The notes under the pieces are model-generated. The model ran no database searches. It saw only the letters and a list, made by a program, of their open reading frames with translations, and had not been told where the DNA came from. From Chromera velia (lineage: Eukaryota): a stretch of DNA of 51,117 nucleotides. A program made the translations under genes and the position numbers. The DNA lies in contig JAHBMJ010000296.1 of assembly GCA_018398765.1 (NCBI GenBank), positions 1 to 51,117 on the forward strand, read 5' to 3'. This document shows, one piece after another, positions 40,123-51,117 of the stretch (position 1 is its first letter; each line of letters starts with the position of its first letter).

Positions 40123-41454
40123 CGTCCTGGGAAACGACTTGCTCTGCGAGCTTTACGTTCAACGCCTCCGCAAACGCATCAAGCTCGTGCGAGGAGAAAG
40201 ACTCAAGCTGCTCCAACAGCTCTGGTGTAATGGGAGTGCTAACGGGGTCAGTACAGGCACGCTGGGCGGAGTGCACAGCGCCTTCTGTATCGTCATCAGA
40301 GGCTTCAAACTCAGTGAGCAGCTCGGATAATCTAGCTTAAAAATTCCCGCGCGTTTGGCCGTCTCGTCCACCGGACCCTTTTTGCGGCGGACGGCGCGAA
40401 TCGCCCTGCACATGAATTCAAAACACGAACACACAAAATCAGACAGACAAAACGCAAACAGAAATAATTGAGGATAGTATCCCAGCCCGGAGACGTCAGC
40501 TGACCACGTTCTGAACGTGTCCGTTGCTTGCTGATCGAGGCTGCCAGTTCTTCTGGTACGGCACCTTCTTCAACGCTTCTTCTACCCTCGCCCACGACTT
40601 CTTCTTCAGTTTGAATTTCTTGGCCACTTCATTCCCTCCCCCTCCACTGTTGTCTGAACCAGATGGCTTGGGCTTTTCTTTCCCCACGTTGCCAGTGCCT
40701 CCCACCACTGCTTTGATCGGAACTTTTTTGACCTCAACTTGCAGTGCGTTGATAAACTGGAGATAGACTTCGACTGTGAGAGTGCGGGAAGTGTCACGAT
40801 TTGGATCTCTCGCGGGCAAATGATTGAGCCAATCAGACAGGAACTGTTTGAGACGGGGCCACGTAGATATGGCGGGAAACTTCCTGTTGTTCGCTCCAGT
40901 AACCGTCTCGTTTGTCAGCCAAGTGGTATTGGCCGGGGTGACTGTTTTCATGAAGAGGGATGCGAGCAGGGGATCTGGCAATGCTGGGAGCTGGACGCGG
41001 GAGGCAAATTCGAGGAGCTGTGAGAACAGCATCATGTTGGAGAAGATCGAGTATCCTCTGTTTGCAAGAGAGGGGAACCACAAGATTCCCATCATCACCC
41101 TGTCCTTTTCTTCTGTTTCTCTCACCCCTTCACGGCTTCGCATCTCAGGGATGAGGGTCTGGGTCACCCACTGTCGGAGGTCTTCATCATACTTCAAGGC
41201 TTTTGCTTCGTCTTTGGCATTGATGGCGGAGATGGTAGGGACTGGGTTACTTTTGTGAATCTCCAACAACCGATCTCTCACGGCATTGTTCCCCAGAGCG
41301 GCATTCCTTAGGGTCGTGTATATACCTTTCAGGGTATCAAGACTTGCTGTGTCTTCTGCCCAGAAGCGGACATCTTGCAACCAGTCCTCTACTTTGGAAT
41401 ACTTAAAGAGCTGGGGAGGAATAACAGGGGTGACTGGAACGACTCGTGTTGTAT
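40123..41454 (-). pseudogene. Gag-like region, interrupted by putative introns
   Basis: Helical 294-aa ORF 40496..41380 in the gag position. It continues after a 99-nt GT-AG intron into exon 40405..40123, which has one TAA. Confidence 0.65.
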
Positions 41455-41551
41455 CTATGGGAAAAGGGTAAAAGAAGCTTCAAAACGGTTTCATACAGAA
41501 GAACAAGGACTACTCCTTGACGGAACACCTTTCTACGGCTAAATTAACCGC

Positions 41552-41641
41552 AGTGAACGGGGTTTTCGGGTTATATAAATATAAGTATGCTCTGTCACTG
41601 GTCTCTTTGACCACGGCATAGACCCGAAAACCCCGTTCACT
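41552..41641. repeat. Terminal fold-back: 57-bp perfect inverted copy of the LTR end plus 20-bp inner arm
   Basis: 41585-41641 is the exact reverse complement of 35905-35961. 41552-41571 is the reverse complement of 41622-41641. Confidence 0.95.
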
Positions 41642-42589
41642 GTTTCCGAAGGTAAGGTACTGCAGCGTCCGCGGAATATTTGCTGCCTTGAAGGCATGCA
41701 CACTGTCAGTTAACAGTGAGCACCAGCTTCTGGATGGACTTTGTCTTCTCCATTCATGTTTGTCGTTCGCATCTCTTAGTATTCCTTTTTTTGACACTTC
41801 ATCTGTCTGCACGGCTCTACCTTAGGGCTCTACCGTGATTCCCGGAATCTTCTGTACCTTCTGGGGCGACTTCGATCGGTTGAGCCGACAGGTGGTGAAA
41901 AGAAAGGTGGTTTTGATATGGTAGAGAAGTACGATCGATGAGTGCGTGTTGGGGAAATTGGGGAAGAAAGCGGATGCATGGTTTTTCGTGGGGGCGTCAC
42001 TCTGAAAAGAGTGCTTTTTGAATTGTGACTGCGAAAGTCTGAGAGAGGGTTGAAAGGAGGAAGTTGGACGAAGTCGCTAGAGAGTACCTGCAGAGAAGTG
42101 TGAAGGTGAGAGAGAGAGTGAGGATGAATGGGGAATTCGGGGGCGGGAATGCTGGGGATTTGAGAACATAGGGAATGTACAGGCAAGACCGCAGAATAGG
42201 TTTCGACAGTCGGAGGAGTTGGTAGCACGTATGGCTGGACCATTTTTCTCTCTTTCGTTCTCGTGGCTATTTTTTTTGTATCTGCTTTGTGGCCTGCAGT
42301 CTCGATCGACATGAACTCGATCTCTTTTGGCTTCCATCTGTGTGTGCTCATCTGTTTCTGTATTTTTGTACGTCTTGTCTGAGTTCTCCTTTCTCCCTTT
42401 CACTTTCCCCTGTTTCTAAATGCAGAGGTCCTCAAAAAGCAGAACGTTTTCCTTCAGACAGGAAAGACCGACGCCCAGTCTCATATGGCTGGGATGCTAT
42501 TGCTTGCTGTGTCTGTCTTTGGGGGGAAAAGGATCAACCTCTGAGCTCGGATGGCAGTCCGGCAGAGGATCGATCCTTCACGCCCCCTT

Positions 42590-43650
42590 GACATCTGGAC
42601 TGATCCCCGTGTGTCGGGCAAGGGCTCGGAGGGGTGTGTTGTGGAAGTCACGATGGTGACACGAGGGCCGAGAGGGGAGGAGGTTTGCGGGCAAATTCGG
42701 CAAAAAGGCCCAAACAGAGGCCCGAATTCTGCATAGGCTGTGAGAGGTTTGCGGTCCCTCTCTTCCTAAGGGAAGAATTCCCACGTTCTTGGGGGCAATC
42801 AAGCCTGAGGACCTCCGTATGGCAGGGAGGCTGCCAGATGCGGTGCTCTCCTTTCTGTGGGGGAAGAAGGAGACGGCGTGGGGGGCCCTGATGGAGTTTG
42901 CGGAGTGGAGAAACTTGGAGGAAGTGATCCTCTCCAACGACCCCCTCTCTTCCCTCTATGCCCTGGATCGGTCTTTGGCGCCCTCTGACAACAGTCCAGA
43001 GGGACATGGGCTTGCAGAGGCCTACTCGTGTCCTGCTGCTCGGAAGAGGGTCGAGGAGAACATTGAGCGAGTAAGTCGCTTGGTGGCAGACTCTTTGAGC
43101 ACCTTGAGCATCCTGGCTGCCAAAGGGATGTGGCACATGGATGTCAAGCCAGGAAACTTGGTGAAGGGGGAGGAGGGGGGCACGCCTATGATGAAGTTCC
43201 TGGACTTCAGGCTGTCCATCCTTTTGTACGATGGCTTAGGGGGCACGAACGTCTGGCGGGAGACACCTAGGTACATCGCCTACGAGAGGTGGATGACGGG
43301 GTAGCCGGAGGACTTCTCCCCGGCAATTCATGCGAAGGAGGCGGTGTTTTCACTGGGGAAATTTTGTTTTTTGAGGTGTGGTGGGGGCATTGCGTGATAC
43401 CCAAGGAGCTGTTATGGGGAAATGCTGAGCCCCCTCATTACGAATACTCGATCCAGTCCCCGGATCGACTACCCCTCCCCCCTTGGATGAAAAAATCCAT
43501 GCTGGGGGCCAAGCTTTTGTAGCTGGTGCTAGGGCTGGTGGAGACATAGGATCGAAAGCTTGATCTTGCTGTTGCAGCTACACAGTTTGCTCGTATCGCT
43601 GCTAACGCCAAAGGCATCACCGAAAATCTTGTGCACAAGGCACATTAGCC
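42590..43650 (+). pseudogene. Protein kinase-like pseudogene
   Basis: Gly loop SGKGSEGCVV, catalytic loop HMDVKPGNL, KFLDFR (DFG variant) and ETPRYIAYE (GTxxYxAPE variant). Frameshifts, and TAG stops at 43302, 43520 and 43547. Confidence 0.85.
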
Positions 43651-44944
43651 TAGACATTAGCTAGGACATTAGCACCAGTAATATGCGGTCTTCAGGTTAA
43701 AAACTTTATAAGAGACCTTTGTGGACCTCCTGCCATCATTACAGTTAAACCACTGCACTTAAAGTTTAAGTTAGCCTGTTTGTTGTCACTGCATATTCAA
43801 TTTAAATTATTCAATTTGATTGTGTTAATTAATGTATTTTATGATCGATATTAAAGTTTTGTCTTACAAATTTATTTGAAAAAACAAATAAAAACATAGC
43901 TTTTAATTTAAAATTTATAATCAATTGATTCAATTCATGATACGCTATATTGCGATTAGGCTTTGCAAGGCTAGTTGAAAGGCGTCGATCTAGCGTTTGG
44001 CAGGTCACAAGTTGAACATGCAACGCCGTCGTCATTACGCCGATAGTAAAAATCTAGGTAAAAATGATAGATTCTAATTCAGTTGCAAGTTTGGCTACTA
44101 ACTTATTTTTCTTTTAAAAAATAATTTAGTACTTATTAATTCATTGATTTTTTTATTAATTTATTGAATTATTAATTAGTTTTAAACTTCATTTACATGA
44201 ATATAGGATAGGATAGGATTTGTTGCGTGCTACCGTGGTTGTGGAACACGCACGTGGTCTACATTCTCGCTTTGCCGGGCCAGGATTCATATCCGGGGCC
44301 GCGCCGGGCGTTTACCTCATTCGTCCTCGACCTATTGCATTCATCCGCTTCGTCCAATACGTTCGATCGATCAATCGATAAGAGTGTCGTACTTTGTCTG
44401 GCTTTCGTTCTATTCCTCTATCTAACAGTCCTTGCATGGACTCTGAATGACGGCCGAGCCCCAGGTGCACCTCTATACAGTCTTTATATCTGTTTAGCAT
44501 CATCATTATAGTACACAACAGGATTTATGTTCCGGGTTGCCCCGCGGTCCACTACCGGGCCTCGACTTGCACCGTCAATATAGCTTTTCTAACCCTTTTT
44601 AATTAGATATGTGACAACATATGTCAATCTTAATCAAACAATAGATTCAAACTATATCAAGCTGGTACGTTGGCTTAAAGAGTTTATGAAGATACATAAC
44701 GGATTAGTCTGAATCATACTGTTTGATGCTTCCCTTCGATCTAAGCTAGTATATACTTTAATAGCAGTTTCATTTAGTTTGAGTTTTTTTTGTATGTCTT
44801 TTCTGTTAAGTTTGTTTTGCCAATCGTTTTTTAAAAGCCGCTTTTAGCCCGCTCCTAGGCCCGCTCACATGCTTTTTTTTCGCAGCCATCTGCGCCCCAC
44901 CTCTCAAACTTCCTCCTTCTTTCTAGCTTTCTTTACATCTGTCC

Positions 44945-45001
<57 letters not shown>

Positions 45002-45039
45002 TGTGTGTGTCTGTGTGTGTTTGTGTGTAGGTGTGTGTA

Positions 45040-45090
<51 letters not shown>

Positions 45091-45115
45091 GTGTGTGTAT
45101 GTGTATGGGTGTGTG
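44945..45115 (+). repeat. (CT)n(GT)n microsatellite
   Basis: Direct read. Confidence 0.95.
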
Positions 45116-46056
45116 CATACTTGAATTGATGCACGTCACGGTTTCTTTTGTTGCTGTGCTTCTGTTTACAATGCGTTGTGGGGGAGTGAATGTATGCTGC
45201 GCGAGACAGCCGAATCTTTCCCGCTTCATTTCCTCATCGTTTTCTGAACAGAGAGGGTGTTTGTTTGATGGAACAACACTCAACGATAGAGACTGTCCGA
45301 TGAACAGAAAGAAAGGCCCTTGAAGGATCGAGTCAGTTGTTGTTCTACTACTCATTTGCGAAACGCAAAGACTTTGCGGAAATACCCCTTCCCCACCCAC
45401 CACCTTCATGTTTCACCCTGTCACCCTCCCTACTAATTCGCATTCTCCCCTTCACAGACAAGTGTCCCTCTACTCTGTTGGTTTGTTGCGCCCTCTCTGT
45501 ACCCTTTGCCTTCTTTTATTCTGCTGTTAGCAAGAGAGCTGTGACAGACGTCTTTAGTCTTTGCCTTCAACCAATTCATTGAGGGACACCGTCTTATCGG
45601 CACCTCCTTTTCCTTTCCCCCTTGTTCCTTTCCCCCAAATTCAAATTCAACCGACTGATTCAACTAATAAGAACGACCCATCTCCCAACCAACCGACCAA
45701 TCCACCAACCAACCCAACGGACCAGCGGACGTTCGAGCAATGGGAGAGGTGGAAGAAAGAAGCGACGCTTCTTCAGACGGAAAGCGGTGTGCCCACAAGA
45801 AAATCTTGCAGAGTAAAGAAAGAAAAAGATGACTGAAGATGAGGCAAGGAAGGAAGGAACTGTACCATGTTCCCACCGCGCCCTCCCGTCTCCCAATCTT
45901 CCTTCCCGACACAAAGAGGGGAGGAAGGAAGTAAACGGCTGACGTGATCGAACCCTCGACCACAGAAAACGGCAGAAATAAAAAGAGGAGTGGGCAATTA
46001 GCCACACACATGCATGACATTCATTCACCCAAGAGTATATCGACTCTGTTTTTTCT

Positions 46057-46866
46057 TTAAAATGAATTATCAGGCACCTCCATCGCCTTCTGGTATTTGC
46101 TCATGTCATCAGGGATATCAAGAATCGGAGGCACTTCAGAAATCTGACCGGCAGTTGCTGCCTCTGCATACGTGTTATATGCATCTACCCACTTCTTGTA
46201 TGCATCCAGGGCCCTCGCCTTTGGAGGCCTCTTGTCTTCCTCCTTCTTGCTCCCTCCTCCCAAGAAACCAAAGAACCCACCATCCGACTCCTTCTCTGCA
46301 GCCTTACCCCCCGCTGCCACCTTGATAATCTCCAACTGTGCCTCCATCTCTTCCAGCGCCTTCTCCATCGTCTTCTTGTTATCTGCTCTTGGAATCGTGG
46401 AGATGAAAAGTGTCAGAGGCTGATCGAGCAAATCAAATTCGTACGTCCGTCCCTTCTTTACAGGGGTGAAGAACTTCATCACACCTGCCCAGTCTTCCTT
46501 GTCGATTGCCGGCTTTACCTCGAAGACCATCTTATCGCGCCCCTTCTCGAATTTGGGCGCATAACGAAAGTAAGAACGTTTCTTCTCTATCAAACTGAGA
46601 GCGTCTGCCCGTGCATCTCGGACCCCGGCTGTGCCAGTCACCAAAGCAGTAAGGAGAAGGGCCGCCCCCCTCGAGGCTCTTCTCATCTCCTCACGACGTG
46701 AAAGAGCTGAAACTTGTGCATCCGCATCATCGACAGGCAACGCAGAGAGACGAACCGCTCTCCGAAGTGCGGGGCCCTGTACCGCCCTCTGTACCCGCAC
46801 CAGGAAAGCCTCTGACGCCTTCAGAAGAAGACAGACAGAGAGAAGAACGCTTAGTGACCGACACAT
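46057..46866 (-). CDS. Nucleus-encoded thylakoid-lumen protein, PsbQ-like (269-aa precursor)
   Basis: Signal peptide ending ASEA|F, then an Arg-rich transit peptide, twin-Arg motif (SRREEMRR), hydrophobic stretch and ARA cleavage site. The helical mature domain contains AIDKEDW and ALDAYKKWVDAYNTY. The PsbQ assignment rests on pattern resemblance only. Confidence 0.75.
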   Translation of the reverse strand: MCRSLSVLLSVCLLLKASEAFLVRVQRAVQGPALRRAVRLSALPVDDADAQVSALSRREEMRRASRGAALLLTALVTGTAGVRDARADALSLIEKKRSYFRYAPKFEKGRDKMVFEVKPAIDKEDWAGVMKFFTPVKKGRTYEFDLLDQPLTLFISTIPRADNKKTMEKALEEMEAQLEIIKVAAGGKAAEKESDGGFFGFLGGGSKKEEDKRPPKARALDAYKKWVDAYNTYAEAATAGQISEVPPILDIPDDMSKYQKAMEVPDNSF

Positions 46867-47167
46867 TTTGAAGTCTGCAAACGCCCCCGGTCCATAAAAA
46901 TTGAATATTGCAAGCAAACCGCCGAGCAACCTGTGTGAAAAGAATGTGGCTGACAGGCCGTCAATCCTGAAAAGGTAGGTGGAAGCAGTGAGCTCAATGC
47001 CTCACGGGAGACGGCCATGCACCTCAAAATCTGTGCATGGTCCTCCGCGACGCGTTGACAAAAGCTGAATTCAAAGTGCAATGCGGCGCACCTTGCGCGC
47101 GAAAACTGCATATATATAATATTTTCTCTCTCCATTTTAAATTCTCGATCGGCTCGGATGGAGGTAA

Positions 47168-47217
47168 GAGGCCCCAGACATGAAATTCAAAGGAGGCCCC
47201 AGACATGAAATTCAAAG
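47168..47217 (+). repeat. Perfect 25-bp tandem duplication in divergent intergenic region
   Basis: GAGGCCCCAGACATGAAATTCAAAG twice. Confidence 0.95.
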
Positions 47218-47560
47218 AAAAAAACGCATCTTGAAGTCCGGTCACTTGTCGCTTGGCTACAACCGCCTCGTACAGAGCTCGCATTGAGGCACTCACCCAC
47301 TATAGAACAATGCGACCGAAGTGCATGTGCGACGTCCTAATTAAATTTCAAATTTAACCGATACAGCTAAAACGACATCATTGCAATGAACCGATCAATC
47401 TGTCGTCACACTTCGAGAGAATTGTCAATTGACCGGTCTCAAAGGTTCCGGTTTCTTCTCCTACTTACATCCTGCGTTACTCACACTGCATGGCCGAACG
47501 ACTGCAGAGCAAATACCCACGGGTTCATGTTTTGCATGCAGTCCTGAGAGAGAGAACAAG

Positions 47561-50500
47561 ATGATCAGCAACAAGATCCCGATCATTCCCGTTCAAAGAG
47601 GGGACCCAGAGGAGGACAACGATGAAGATCCACCGATTCCCCTCATGGACTTTGATACTCCCAGTGCTCCTGTCTTCAGATTCTCAGAAGATGCGCTTAA
47701 GATCAATCAGTTGGACACCTTTTCCTCTGCCTTCACTGCACAGGGCCACCAAAAGCTGGCGTCGCCCTCGATTGTTCCCGTTCTTTGGCACCGATTCTTC
47801 GAGCCCCTGCCGCAGCACACAGCTTCTTTTCCCAGAAAATCTTCAGGTTACCGTGTGAACTCAAAGGATAACTACACCAATGCAGAGAAGGCAAGAGCAC
47901 TCGACCAAGATCTTCAGAGAAGGCAACGAAAAATCCTCTCCGCACTCTACCAGAAAAAGCCGCTCTACGACCAAGGTCAGCCAGTCTACACACACTGCCC
48001 TCAAGGATTTTGATGCGTTCCTTGAAGCGGCGGTCTACTCTGGTACTTTTGCGTCCGTCCCTATGCATCTCAGTTTCTTCTCTGCGTTCTTACAGAGGTC
48101 GATGGATATATAGTCGCAGTCCATTTTTTGCATGCGTCCTCAATTTGCATGTATCGATGCACTGGTGCATGAAAGTTGCCCCTTTTATCTCCCTTGTGAG
48201 AAGCAGAGGAAGTGTTTGGCACGTAATCTTTGTGCATATGTTTGCATGCAGCGGTGAGGGAACACCAGCAAAAGCTGTTCTTCGCGGGTGTTGCCTCGTG
48301 GAGTGAGAACCTGCCGTCGATAGCCAAGAGCGGCCTGCTCCTGGAGGCCTTTGCCTGCCCTCTTCTAAATGAACAGAAACCCGAGGAGTCGGAGGCCTAC
48401 AAGAGAGAGAGACAGTCCTTGCCTGCACAGAGGAAAACAGTCAACAACCTGCCGCTTGTCGTCGAAGAACTCCCTTCCGAAATCGCAGGCAAACCGCCAG
48501 AGATCGTCCTGGCAGAAGTGGCAATTCAGAAGAGACGATTTAGCCTGGCGGAAGTTATGAGAGGCCCAGACCCCCCTCCGTTGGGATCCTCCGGTTCTCT
48601 CATGTTGGCCTTACTCACACAGGCACAAAGGGTGATGATCTGGAAGACCGTGGACAAGTACAACAGGGTGGCAGGCTGGTTGGAAGGCCACACGGTCGTC
48701 CGCCCTGCCTTCATCCGCTTTCTTTTGAATTTGGGACTGCCGATGCTGGACCCCTCGGGAGGGTCCGCTTCATATGAGGCAGCCATCGCTGCACAACAGA
48801 GAAAGAGGGAGGCGGAGAAGAGAAGGGGGGGGAGGAGAGATCAGAAAGGTCTCGCAGGAGTCTTTGCAGACAGATCCGTGCACGCCCTTGTGACCCCTCC
48901 TAATGAGAGAGCAGCAGCGGGGGGGTCTCAAGAGAGGTCTCGTGTGGGGGGGGACGGGGGGCAGGGGCCTCGTCGGGGGGGGAGGAAAGTGACTGCTAGT
49001 GGGGCGTTGGAGGGGGGTTCTGTGACTAGTCGGCCTCGGGGTGTGGATTTATTTCCTCGGAATGGGCCTTCAAGCAGCCACAGGGACCAGACCCACAAAC
49101 AGACGCCGCTCTCTCAACAGAGACGGCTAGAAGCCCGAGCAGCTCTATCGTCTGGTGGTGATTCTTCTGTAAAATTGATGGACTTTCTGGAAGTGCTCTT
49201 GTGGGCAGGGAGGATGTTCAATAGGATGGCGAGGAGAACGACAAGGAGGTGGCCAGAGAAGGAAGTCTATGTGAGACATGTACAGGTGGGTCGTTCTACT
49301 CTTTACTCACTTTCTGCTGTCTTCATATTTCGTCGATGTAATATGTGAATTCAGGTGCGCTCCAGTGGAGGCACTTCGTATTGACATTCTCCGGATTGAC
49401 TTTCTCGCTGGCTGCCTCATGCACTGACTCAAGAAGACAGATTGATACGAAGGTTTTGAGTGAATGAGTCCTGTCCATTCATCGATTCATATCTTTGTAT
49501 GGATGCAGGTTGTGGATCGTCTCGCATTCTTGGAGCTTCTCCTTTCCGTCATTGCCCATCCTTTCTGGCTGAAGCATGTACGTCTGCATGCCTGAATGAA
49601 TGAAGTGTCGTAGTTGGACTGCAGCTCCACACAGAATTCCTGTACGCGTTTATGTACCGGTGTGGGCATAAGTGCAGTAGCTTGTATCAAAACATCTGTA
49701 TGTGGGCGCTCACTTTGGTCTTCCTTTCGGCTTCCCTTTTTTCTGACAAGGCATTTCAGTTTTTTGCTTTGCCCACCTTTCCCCCCCCCCCCAGAAATCC
49801 CCATTCCTCGCCAGGACGCCTCTCTCGGGTCGGTTGCCCTTCTTTCTTTTTTCGTGAATCAGAATTTTGACCAAATTTCAAATCTGTTTCCAGCTGACTC
49901 ATTTTCAATCTTCTGCTGATCGTTTTGCTTCGATCGTTGGCTGCATGCAGTGCGCTCTTTTGGACGCTGCTGGAATACCTGCCCCTGTTTTCGCTACCCT
50001 CGCTGAGGAGCTGACCTTTCGAGCCTCCCTGATTCCTCCCCAGACTCTGTCTGACTTCTTTTCCTTCAACCTGAAGAGGGCCGGGCACTTGATCTTTCCC
50101 CTGCTTCAATTGTTGGAGGAGGACGACAGGAAGAGGATAGAGAGGGAAGAAACCCAAAAGGCAGAAGAGCAAAAACAGCAACAGGAAGAGGCAGCAAGAT
50201 TAAAGAAGGCGAAGGGAAAAATCTTGGAGCCTCCGGTCCATCCTGCCCGATTGGACGATAGTGACTCGGACTTAGATGAACTGAAAGATACGAAGAAGAA
50301 GAAAAAGAAAAAGAAGAAAAAGGGTGAGAGAAAGAGGAAAGTTTCAATTGCAGCAGATGCCATAGAGAATGAACTGTCACGACACCTGAAGGGCAACGAA
50401 CACTCCCCAAATCTTCCCCCCAAATCTTCTCGAGACTCTGTATTTGTACACCACAGAAGGTTGAGGTTGCAAGAAAGGGAAGACGGGGAAAGCGAAGTGG

Positions 50501-50601
50501 TGGTTCCGGTAACTTTAAAAGAGGCAGCAATGGGAGCCAAGATGTCTGTTGGTCTGAAGGGAATTTTTTCAAGAAACTACGACGACATCGAGGACCCATT
50601 G
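47561..50601 (+). CDS. Multi-exon hypothetical protein, 3' end probably beyond the window
   Basis: Exon 47561..47975 joins 48252..49285 in frame (phase 1, G|GTCAGC...TGCAG|CG). Further exon-like segments lie near 49354, 49509 and 49951, with a Lys/Glu-rich segment up to about 50601. Confidence 0.65.
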
Positions 50602-50725
50602 GTGCGTTTTGTCGTCAATTTGATGTGCTGTCTTTCTTTTGATACCTCTGCATTGCATCTCTGGAAGCCGTACGAATCTCCTCGTCATCTCTCACTTTTT
50701 CTTTGGCTTCTCACCGGGCCCAATC

Positions 50726-51117
<392 letters not shown>

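Larger units (their letters stand above)
35878..41641 (-). mobile_element. Ty1/Copia retrotransposon with atypical fold-back termini; 5-bp TSD GTTTC
   Basis: Domain order gag-PR-INT-RT-RNaseH on the minus strand. GTTTC at 35873-35877 and 41642-41646. Termini AGT...ACT. Confidence 0.95.

Noticed and set aside
40337..40350. Programmed -1 frameshift at GGGAATTTTTAA
   Set aside because: It is not a clean slippery heptamer, and the protein-like sequence continues in the same frame after the TAA.
36150..41380. TAR-to-Gln recoding as the explanation for in-frame stops
   Set aside because: Host genes terminate with TAA/TAG (10605, 34227, 46057), and the element also has frameshifts.
35878..41641. 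Classification as DIRS or as a DNA transposon
   Set aside because: It has a DDE integrase, Copia-type RT/RNase H in Copia order, a PPT and a 5-bp TSD. No tyrosine recombinase or transposase is present.

Overview
Eukaryotic nuclear DNA, most consistent with a photosynthetic alveolate such as Chromera velia. This is an inference from the GT-AG introns packed with microsatellites, a signal+transit+Tat plastid/thylakoid presequence, a PAN/Apple secreted protein and abundant TGCATGCA motifs. Host genes include a secreted Cys/His-rich repeat protein, an Orai-like membrane protein, a type-I membrane protein, a PAN/Apple modular secreted protein, a WD40 protein, a PsbQ-like lumen protein and several hypothetical genes. 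They are interleaved with decayed mobile DNA: a 2.7-kb TIR element, a chromovirus (Gypsy) integrase remnant, a MITE, a kinase pseudogene and AT-rich relics. The most unusual object is a 5764-bp Ty1/Copia element (35878-41641, minus strand, 5-bp TSD GTTTC). It has only one complete LTR, ends in AGT...ACT rather than TG...CA, has fold-back (inverted) structures at both termini, shows no recognisable tRNA primer-binding site, and carries spliceosomal-type introns in gag. Premature stops in all decayed elements are TAA/TAG, suggesting RIP-like CpA>TpA hypermutation. Most short ORFs in the supplied track are spurious.
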